Below are positions 35,962 through 42,977 of a stretch of 47,208 bases of DNA, one piece after another. Source of the DNA: Candidatus Polarisedimenticolaceae bacterium. Its GTDB lineage: Bacteria > Acidobacteriota > Polarisedimenticolia > Polarisedimenticolales > Polarisedimenticolaceae. The notes beneath the pieces are model-generated. The model ran no database searches and was not told the DNA's origin. It saw only the letters and a list, made by a program, of their open reading frames with translations. Each line of letters opens with the position of its first letter. Positions within the stretch are counted from its first letter, which is position 1. The position numbers were made by a program, and so were the translations under genes. The DNA is taken from NCBI GenBank assembly GCA_041568335.1, contig JBFFZZ010000001.1, positions 1 to 47,208 of the forward strand, read 5' to 3'.

Positions 35962-35997
35962 GACAAACAAAGGGACCGGCGTCATCCGCCGGTCCCT
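35962..35997 (-). terminator. Strong intrinsic-terminator-like hairpin (11-bp perfect GC-rich stem, 5-nt loop) followed by TTTGTTTGT on the minus strand, directly after the 990-aa cytochrome gene.
   Basis: Plus strand: AGGGACCGGCG-tcatc-CGCCGGTCCCT (35971-35997), preceded by gacaaacaa. This gives the U-rich tail on the minus-strand transcript. Confidence 0.7.
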
Positions 35998-36022
35998 TCC
36001 CAGTGACACACACCCACCCGCC

Positions 36023-38995
36023 TTACCTTTCGATGGCGCGGCGAGTCTTCGACGGCTTGACTTGCCAGCTGCTGAGCGTGTTCGGCCGATCTCGGTTGAA
36101 CTCCTGGATCCGCATGCCCGGATTGAGCGAGACCAGCGCATCCCGCGACGCGATCAGCGCGCCGTTGGCGAAAAACGGATTGTGCACGCCGTGGCTGCCG
36201 TCGTTGTGGACCAGGGCCAGGTTCCAGCCGGACTTGAGGAGATCGTCGTGCGCGAACCCGGCCAGGGAACCCAGGACGGTCATCGACCCGTCGAGCACGT
36301 CGATATCCGGGATCCGGTGGGGTCCGGAGACCGACGTGTCGGTGAACGTCACCGTCAGGGCCTGACGTCCGCGGGACTCGCCGAAATGAACTTCCGCGAC
36401 ATCCGCCGCGTCGACGATCGTGGCATCCCCGTTGAGGTCGATCGTGTTCCCGGCGGCGATCAGGTCCTCGAACAGCCGAACGTAGGCGTCCTCCACCAGA
36501 TCCTCGACGATATCCGCCAGATGATCGATCGCCCCCTGCACGTCGTCGGGGTCGAGGTGCGGGCTGTGACAATCGGTACAGATGTTGCGGTCGGCGTAGA
36601 ACGTGTGGTTCGTTCCGCCACCGTTGTACGCGAGGACGTCGGGAGGAGGTGTCGACTCCATGTGGCAGGTGACGCAAACATCTTCGATGCCGGCGTGGCC
36701 ACCCGGAGAATCGACCGCGACGAAGTAGGCGTTCTGGCCCGCGATCATGTCGGCCTGAGCCGATCCATGAGGCGCGCGCGCCTTCTCGGAAGCCGAAAAC
36801 GTGTCCCAGATGCCGTCGTTGCGTTCCCCGCGCCGCGAGTTGTGGCAGGTCATGCAGATGGCCCCGCGCCCGGCGTCGGTGAACGTGAAGCCGGCGATCA
36901 GCGGCGGCGTGTCGCCGCTGATCCGCACCGTCGCGTTCGGATCGGATCCGCTCGTCGTGCCACTGGCGTGCGGATCGTGGCACGTGGCGCAGGTTTGCGG
37001 GTGCGCCTCGTCCTCGGTCCACGTGACCGTGACGCTGGCCAGCGGATCGGTCATCGGGTCGTCGTCGAGCAGAACCGGCAACCACTCGAGGAAGCCGTTG
37101 GCCGTGTGACAGCGCGAGCAGCTACCGCTGGTACTCCTTTCGATCGCCAGCTCGTAGTTGGCGTGCGGGCTGAGCTGCCACTGCTGGAAACGGGCGTGCC
37201 GCAGCGGCTCGCCGTGGCACGTCGCGCAGACATCGGCGGAGAGGTCGATGCGCGGCTCACCCACCGGTCCGGCGAACCCGTGAGCGAGCGAACTCTGCGG
37301 ACCGTGACAGTTCTCGCACTGGACGTTCGCCTTGCGCGCGGTTTGCGGCGTCTGCGCGAGCGCGTTGCTCCAGTTGTCCGGCTGCGGGTTACCCAACATC
37401 GTGAGGAACGTGCTGTAATCGTCGGCTTCGTCGATGCCGAGATTGTCGTCCTCGGGGTTGTAGCCCACGGTATGACAGCTGAAGCATTGGGTTCCCCAGT
37501 AGGCGCTGGAGTTGAAGTTGTCGGTGAAGATCTCGGCGTGACCGGTCTGGGCCCAGTCGGTGAACTTGTCCGGCGCGAACATGTCGTTGTGGCAGAACGT
37601 ACATGCGGTATCCGCGACCGGTCTGCCGTCCATGTCCTCGTCGACGATCACGCCACGCCACTCCCCGGCATAGACCTCCAGCGTCGCCGGGTTCCCCGCG
37701 CCCTCGGCCGCGTCCGCGAGCTCGAGCTCGTAGAGGCCTGGAACGTCGGGGGTGAAGTGGGGCCAGCGCGTCGTCGCGTCATTGAGCGTGGCCGCCGAGC
37801 CGGCCGGCGCATTCAGCGTCCAATCGTAGGCCGTATGCTCCTTGGCCTGAACCAGCACCGGTACGTTGATCGGCACGTTGCGCAAGCCGGTGGACCACTC
37901 CCACGGCAGATCCGTGTGGATCTCGACCTCGTCGGTAAAGATACCCAGATCGGTGTCGACCTCGACCTCGAGCACAACAAGCACCGTTTCCTCCAGGGAC
38001 CATGGGTTGATCCCGACGACCTGCATCCGATCCTGCAGGCCTCCGAAGGACCCGTGGGGAGGGATCGTGACGTTGGGCGGGAGCTGGTCCTGGGTCACGA
38101 TGGGTTCCTCTAGGTGGTCGATCAGCCCCGTCTTGTAGGCGCCCCCGTCCGCGAGCGTCACCGTGGCGGTATCCGTGTTGCCGTTGGCGATGGCGACGGT
38201 CTCACCGTAGGTCTGCGTCCAGGTGATCGAGTTGATCGTCGCCGTCGGTGGTGCGGTGATGTCCACCGTCGCCGTGACGATCCCGCCGGGGAACATATTC
38301 CCGGATACGCTCGCCTCGACCATGACGGGGACCGTCGGCAACAGCGCAATGTCGAGATTGCTGATCGGCGTCCCGGCCGTCACCGTCACGCTCTGCGCCT
38401 GAGTGGTGTAACCCGCGAACGAGTACGCAAACGAGTAGGTTCCGGGATTCAGCTGTCCCGAATAAGTGCCCGACGCGTTGGTCGTTGCGAAGTTGGATCC
38501 CTGAACCGTGACCGTCACGCCGGGGATCGGGTTGCCCGTCAGGCTGTCCGTGACGATCCCGGAGACGGTGACCAGGTTCGAAACGACCGCAGATCCCGTC
38601 AGGTAGGCGTTGAATCCACCGCTGCCGGAATCGCCGCCGATCTCCGCATAGTAGGTCCCGGCAGCCGGTAGGGTGAACACATGGGTCAAGTTGCCCATGC
38701 CCAACCAGCTGATGGAGCGCGTCATTCCCGGCACGACCATGCCGCCCGAATCGCGAATCACGGCGGTCGGGACGAGTGTCGAACCCGGCGCGGCCTGCAC
38801 GGTGAGCGTCACCGTTTCGCCGCCCGCAGCCAGGAAACGGCCCTGAACCAAGTCGACACCCGCGGTGTCGATCGTTCCCGAAAATCGGTCGCCGAGCCCG
38901 GTGTCGACGATCGTCTGTGAAAAAGTCATGGGGCTGATCAAGAGCAGCACAAGCGCACTCAGCCCTGCAGTCAACCAAACTCCTCCGTTCTTCAT
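36023..38995 (-). CDS. 990-aa secreted 9-haem c-type cytochrome with about 330 aa of N-terminal non-haem beta-sandwich domains (pre-peptidase-C-terminal-like and carboxypeptidase-regulatory-like).
   Basis: Signal peptide WLTAGLSALVLLLISPMTFSQ. A CarboxypepD_reg-like segment VSGIVTDSLTGNPIPGVTVTVQGSNFATTNASGTYSGQLNPGTYSFAYSFAGY. Haem motifs: CTFCH, CFSCH, CENCH, CATCH, CSRCH, CATCH, CMTCH, CVTCH, CTDCH. SD GGGAGG lies 5 nt before the ATG. Confidence 0.85.
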   Translation of the reverse strand: MKNGGVWLTAGLSALVLLLISPMTFSQTIVDTGLGDRFSGTIDTAGVDLVQGRFLAAGGETVTLTVQAAPGSTLVPTAVIRDSGGMVVPGMTRSISWLGMGNLTHVFTLPAAGTYYAEIGGDSGSGGFNAYLTGSAVVSNLVTVSGIVTDSLTGNPIPGVTVTVQGSNFATTNASGTYSGQLNPGTYSFAYSFAGYTTQAQSVTVTAGTPISNLDIALLPTVPVMVEASVSGNMFPGGIVTATVDITAPPTATINSITWTQTYGETVAIANGNTDTATVTLADGGAYKTGLIDHLEEPIVTQDQLPPNVTIPPHGSFGGLQDRMQVVGINPWSLEETVLVVLEVEVDTDLGIFTDEVEIHTDLPWEWSTGLRNVPINVPVLVQAKEHTAYDWTLNAPAGSAATLNDATTRWPHFTPDVPGLYELELADAAEGAGNPATLEVYAGEWRGVIVDEDMDGRPVADTACTFCHNDMFAPDKFTDWAQTGHAEIFTDNFNSSAYWGTQCFSCHTVGYNPEDDNLGIDEADDYSTFLTMLGNPQPDNWSNALAQTPQTARKANVQCENCHGPQSSLAHGFAGPVGEPRIDLSADVCATCHGEPLRHARFQQWQLSPHANYELAIERSTSGSCSRCHTANGFLEWLPVLLDDDPMTDPLASVTVTWTEDEAHPQTCATCHDPHASGTTSGSDPNATVRISGDTPPLIAGFTFTDAGRGAICMTCHNSRRGERNDGIWDTFSASEKARAPHGSAQADMIAGQNAYFVAVDSPGGHAGIEDVCVTCHMESTPPPDVLAYNGGGTNHTFYADRNICTDCHSPHLDPDDVQGAIDHLADIVEDLVEDAYVRLFEDLIAAGNTIDLNGDATIVDAADVAEVHFGESRGRQALTVTFTDTSVSGPHRIPDIDVLDGSMTVLGSLAGFAHDDLLKSGWNLALVHNDGSHGVHNPFFANGALIASRDALVSLNPGMRIQEFNRDRPNTLSSWQVKPSKTRRAIER

Positions 38996-39050
38996 CGTTG
39001 CCTCCCGGCCGGGGCCAGCCGGGGCGGCTGCCCCGTTCCTTACGCAAGGA

Positions 39051-39079
39051 ATTCTAGGGATTTTTTTGGCTCTTGATCA
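39051..39079 (-). promoter_or_regulatory. Candidate sigma-70-type promoter for the 990-aa cytochrome gene (TGATCA-N17-TAGAAT with an upstream A-tract).
   Basis: The minus strand reads tgatca-agagccaaaaaaatccc-tagaat. The -10 is 5/6 to consensus and the -35 is weak. It is followed by a GC hairpin (GGGGCAGCCGCCCC) in the leader. Confidence 0.25.
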
Positions 39080-39267
39080 CTGCGGAAACCCGTCACGGAG
39101 GCGCGCCAGACATAAGGGTATCCCCGTGCATCGCAGTCGCTTAGCGTGTGTGACAATAACCTACCGACAGCAACGGGTGCTCCGCGCTCGGCTCGGTAAC
39201 CGGACACAACAAACAAAGTCAACGCGAGTCTCGGCGCACCTTGAGCTTTCATGTGGAGGGTAGCCGG

Positions 39268-39873
39268 ATGAACACGAAACGATTGGCGATCGGATGCGCG
39301 GCGGTGCTGTTCCTGGCGGGACTTCTGTGTCCTGCTGCCGCCGAGAAAGGCGACAAGTTTGTGAGGTTCGGCGTCCTCTACAGCATGCCGACGGACGACT
39401 TCACGATGGGGACGCAGACGACCGAGCTGGACGAATCGGTCGGGTTTCAGGCCTCGTTCGAGTACCAGCTTTCCGATCTCATCGGAATCGAGCCGGGGGT
39501 CAGCTCGGGAAGCTACGACCTGACGGTCGTGGAGCCCGGGTTCGCCGACGTGAACGGCGACACGCAGCTGTTCGCCGTCACGACGAACCTCAACTTTCAC
39601 TTCCGGAAGGACAGCGGGCTGGATCTCTCGGTCGGGCCGACAATCGGGTACGCCTTCTGGGATGACATCACGTTGTCCGGGTTCGCGACGCCGGTGACGA
39701 CCGACGACGAGTTCCTGTTCGGCGCGAGCATCGCGCTGGCCTATCCCTTCGGCGACGGTGGCTGGGGCTTCAACGCGGGCCTGAGCTACCTCGCCCTGGA
39801 CGTCACGCCGCCCGGTGGCGCCATCGGGGTGAGCCCGGTCCAGGGGAAGGTCGGCCTCAGCTACGCCTTCTGA
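39268..39873 (+). CDS. Small 8-10-strand outer-membrane beta-barrel protein (OmpW/OprG-like size class).
   Basis: 201 aa with signal peptide LAIGCAAVLFLAGLLCPAAA, alternating-hydrophobic strands and the C-terminal signature GLSYAF (terminal Phe). SD GGAGGG lies 7 nt before the ATG at 39268. Confidence 0.75.
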   Translation: MNTKRLAIGCAAVLFLAGLLCPAAAEKGDKFVRFGVLYSMPTDDFTMGTQTTELDESVGFQASFEYQLSDLIGIEPGVSSGSYDLTVVEPGFADVNGDTQLFAVTTNLNFHFRKDSGLDLSVGPTIGYAFWDDITLSGFATPVTTDDEFLFGASIALAYPFGDGGWGFNAGLSYLALDVTPPGGAIGVSPVQGKVGLSYAF

Positions 39874-39901
39874 CTTTCCGCACAGGCGCTTCCAGACCAA
39901 T

Positions 39902-39936
39902 GGAGCCGCTCCCTCGGGAGCGGCTCCGCTTTATTT
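39902..39936 (+). terminator. Rho-independent terminator (11-bp perfect stem, 4-nt loop, T-rich tail) between convergent genes.
   Basis: GGAGCCGCTCC-ctcg-GGAGCGGCTCC followed by gcTTTATTT. It lies 28 nt after the OMP stop codon. Confidence 0.8.
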
Positions 39937-39953
39937 GGCCCTGTCGGCGGAAT

Positions 39954-42005
39954 CTAGAAGCGCAGCCCCGCACGAACCACAACGTGGTTGCCGTCATAGT
40001 CGAGCAGGTCATTCACGTCGTCGTAGTCAAAGTGACGGTAGGCACCGCCAACGCGCAATCCGCTTTCGAACGTGTAGCTGACACCGACCTCGGAATCCAT
40101 GTACTCCTGCATGATGACCAGGTTGTTGAGCACCGACGGCGTCGGCAACGTGAGGTCGATCACGTTGTTGAATCCGTCCGCCTCGATGCTCGAGGCCATC
40201 ACGTAGCAGTGCCAGGCGTCGCGCCGGTAGTCCAGCCGACCGAGGATCTGCGAATTGTCGTTGAGGAAGTCGGAAGATCCGGGTGCGACCGCACCAAAAC
40301 CCGCCGTATCGAACAGGATCGCGGTCGACCCGTCGACCTCGGTGTCGGTGTAACGCAGCAGGTAGCTCACGTTGTCTCCCGCCGCGTGTGTCCAGTCGAC
40401 CGACCAGGCCGTCCCGTCGACCGTCGAGTTGTTGTCGATCGCCGGAGGGACCGGGCGGATGTTCGGTGAAATGTTCTCGTTGTCCCAGTTGCGGTAGGTC
40501 GCGTTGAAACGCATGCCCTGGCGCGGGGTGACCGTGGCGCGAAACCGCGTCTGCGTCTTCATGAAGTGCGATACGTTGGTGAACGCCATGTCCATTTCAC
40601 CATCCTCGAAATCTGCGGACAGTCGCAACCAGCGCGCCGGTCTTGCGGTCAATCCCAGGATCAGCGTGTCGTCGTTGTCCGAGTCGAAGTTGGTGTCCCG
40701 GACACCGCCGTAGCCGCTGCGTTCGAGACTGCGCGACATCGTGCGGTAGCCGGCGCGAACGCGGACCTGCCGGTGCGGCTGGTAGTCCAGCAAAGCGGTG
40801 ATCGTGTCGACCTCCTGGTCGAACCGGGTCACGCTTCCGGGTGTCGCGTCGCCATCGAGGTCCTCGAACGTGCCGTCGCCGTCGAGATCCCGATCGAGCG
40901 TCCCGTCCAGCTCGCGGTTGTAGCTCTTGTAGCTGAGGTGCGCCGTCAGCGGAGCCGCGATGCGAATGGCGGCGTCGAATTCGACGATCATCGTGTCGCC
41001 ATCGAGGCGTGCCGTCGAGATCCCGGTGTCGGCGACGCACACGTCGCCGGCCGTGATCGCATCACAGGTGGCGTCGTTGCTGCACGTGGCACCGCTGATC
41101 GCGCAGGTCCCGCCGAACTCGAGTCCGTTGAACGCGATCCCGAGTTGCTCGACGGTGACGTCGGACGTGATCTCCTCGTCCCCGAGCAGTGTACCCGCGG
41201 CGGATAGCGTCAAGGCGACTCGTTTCGTCACCGGTGCCTGCAGGATCAACGTGGTCCAATCCTGCTCGGTATTGTCCCGTTGCATCCAGTGGTAGCTGTC
41301 GAGCTGCGTCGCGTTGGAAAGATCAATGCCCAGATCACCCTCGGTTTCCTGGACGATGTTGTTGGTGTAGTCGTTGAGCGCCTGGCGAAAGACCAGGTTG
41401 ACCTTGCCCAGCTTGGCGTCGACCCCGACCGTCAGGCCCTCGCTTTCGGCATCCAGAGGGGCCTCGAGCCGGAACACATCGCGGCTGACGTCTTTCATGA
41501 AGAGCGAATCTCCACTTCGTCGGTTGTTGCGGTACTGCACGACGGCGGACACCTTTTCTGTTGCGTGGATCCTCAGGCTCAACAGGTCGCGCCGCCGCTC
41601 GGCGTCCCAGGCCGCTCCATCCTCGTTGTCGACCAGTTCAAAAAGGTTGTACATGTAGTCCTGTTTGGTGGAGGTGAAGCGCAGATCCCAACGGTCCTTC
41701 TTGCCCAGTTTGAATGCGCTTCGCTGGTAGGGCTCGGAGCCGCCGAAGCCTTCGAGCTCGATGCGCGCGAAGTCGACCCAGTCGCTCGACTCGTTTAGCC
41801 ACCCGACATTCAACCGATCGACGTAGGTTCCCGACGATTGTCCGTCGAAGTCTTCGTCGTACTTCCGCTGCTCGCCATCGACGTTGACGTTGCGATGGGC
41901 CAGTTCGATCTCACCCTCGATCTGGCCTTCGCCGTCCGCGTGAGTCGTCGGGAGCATGAGCAGGAGACCGGCGAACACGGCTAGGTAGGCGGTGTATCGC
42001 ATCAT
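39954..42005 (-). CDS. 683-aa outer-membrane beta-barrel. Candidate MtrB/PioB-like sheath of a porin-cytochrome conduit.
   Basis: Signal peptide MMRYTAYLAVFAGLLLMLPTTHA. Long runs of alternating beta-strand pattern with Y/R/D-rich turns. The C-terminus is VVRAGLRF. The start ATG (42005-42003) overlaps the TGA of the decahaem gene (ATGA). The size matches MtrB/PioB-type barrels. Confidence 0.65.
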   Translation of the reverse strand: MMRYTAYLAVFAGLLLMLPTTHADGEGQIEGEIELAHRNVNVDGEQRKYDEDFDGQSSGTYVDRLNVGWLNESSDWVDFARIELEGFGGSEPYQRSAFKLGKKDRWDLRFTSTKQDYMYNLFELVDNEDGAAWDAERRRDLLSLRIHATEKVSAVVQYRNNRRSGDSLFMKDVSRDVFRLEAPLDAESEGLTVGVDAKLGKVNLVFRQALNDYTNNIVQETEGDLGIDLSNATQLDSYHWMQRDNTEQDWTTLILQAPVTKRVALTLSAAGTLLGDEEITSDVTVEQLGIAFNGLEFGGTCAISGATCSNDATCDAITAGDVCVADTGISTARLDGDTMIVEFDAAIRIAAPLTAHLSYKSYNRELDGTLDRDLDGDGTFEDLDGDATPGSVTRFDQEVDTITALLDYQPHRQVRVRAGYRTMSRSLERSGYGGVRDTNFDSDNDDTLILGLTARPARWLRLSADFEDGEMDMAFTNVSHFMKTQTRFRATVTPRQGMRFNATYRNWDNENISPNIRPVPPAIDNNSTVDGTAWSVDWTHAAGDNVSYLLRYTDTEVDGSTAILFDTAGFGAVAPGSSDFLNDNSQILGRLDYRRDAWHCYVMASSIEADGFNNVIDLTLPTPSVLNNLVIMQEYMDSEVGVSYTFESGLRVGGAYRHFDYDDVNDLLDYDGNHVVVRAGLRF

Positions 42006-42829
42006 TCCTCCAGGAAGTACGGGCTCGTGTTGGAGCCGTGGATGGCCGTGTGGCAGGCGGTGCACTTCTCGTTCAGGAACCGCGGCGCGCTGTGCCAGAC
42101 GGGTGTGACACTCGCGGAGTGACACTGATAACAAAGGTTGACTTGCGTCTCGTAGGTCAACAGGTGGCGGTTGGTGGAGCCGTGGACCGTGTGACAGGTC
42201 GAGCAACCGTCCATCAAGGCGACGTCGTGCGCGTAGACGTATGGGGCCATCTTCTCGGTGTGACAGTCGCCACAGGTCTGGTTCGCCAGGGTCGTGTTGG
42301 TCCGCAGGGAATCGGTACCATGGGGGTTGTGACAACCGGTGCAATCCTCGGCCGGATGCGAACGGGGCATCCCGAACTGCGCCACGATCCCCTGGTGGCA
42401 ATCGGCACAGAGTTCCGGAGGCCGCTTGGTGAGCATCTGATCCGCGGCCGCGTGCGGGTCATGGCAATCCTGGCAGGTGACATCGGCCAGTCGGTGCAAT
42501 GCCCCGGCGGCGCGGAAGTGCGAGGCCTGCTCGGTGTGGCAGTCCAGGCACTGTTGCGAGGCCTCGCGGGGGGGCAGCAGCGCGGGGCGAATGATCGAGT
42601 CAAGCTCGCCTCCGCTGTCCATGTGCTCCTGGCCGTTGCCGTGGCATGCGCTGCACGAGGTCTCGTGAACCCAGCCCTTCGCTGTGGCGTGCGGGGTCTT
42701 GGCAAACTCGGCCACGGTTTCCTCATGGCAGGCAGCACACTCCTCCGCGGGTGGCCCGGTGTCCTCGGCCGGCGTCGACGCCGAGAACACCAGGAACAGA
42801 AACAAGAGAACGAAATAAGTTCGTCGCAT
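42002..42829 (-). CDS. Periplasmic decahaem c-type cytochrome of the MtrA/DmsE/PioA/MtoA type.
   Basis: 275 aa with signal peptide FVLLFLFLVFSASTPA and 10 CxxCH motifs: CAACH, CSACH, CLDCH, CQDCH, CADCH, CTGCH, CGDCH, CSTCH, CYQCH, CTACH. Local patterns parallel Shewanella MtrA as I remember it: CTGCHNPHG vs CSDCHNPHG, C..CH.EK..P...H, and the terminal CTACHTAIHGSN vs CLNCHSQVHGSN. The ATG at 42829 follows AGAGG. Confidence 0.8.
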   Translation of the reverse strand: MRRTYFVLLFLFLVFSASTPAEDTGPPAEECAACHEETVAEFAKTPHATAKGWVHETSCSACHGNGQEHMDSGGELDSIIRPALLPPREASQQCLDCHTEQASHFRAAGALHRLADVTCQDCHDPHAAADQMLTKRPPELCADCHQGIVAQFGMPRSHPAEDCTGCHNPHGTDSLRTNTTLANQTCGDCHTEKMAPYVYAHDVALMDGCSTCHTVHGSTNRHLLTYETQVNLCYQCHSASVTPVWHSAPRFLNEKCTACHTAIHGSNTSPYFLEE

Positions 42830-42977
42830 GGGCAACCTCTTGAAGCGCCTGGTGGCGCAGGGTGACCTTATCGCGTCCAAGAAAGCCACGTCATACGGGG
42901 AAACCGTCATGGACGCGGGCCCTAGCATCTAATAAACGAGGGACGGTTTTCAAGACGGAACAATGAATTTTGCGATC

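Noticed and set aside
39030-39062. A sigma-54-like TTGC element (ttccTTGCgt) upstream of the 990-aa cytochrome gene.
   Set aside because: There is no GG/TGGCAC element at the -24 position.
35891-39900. ORFs 35891..38113 (740 aa, plus), 35982..37085 (367 aa, minus), 38202..39047 (281 aa, minus) and 39040..39900 (286 aa, minus).
   Set aside because: They are shadow or alternative-frame ORFs of the 990-aa cytochrome and the small OMP. They have low-complexity Arg/Gly/Asp composition and no haem motifs.
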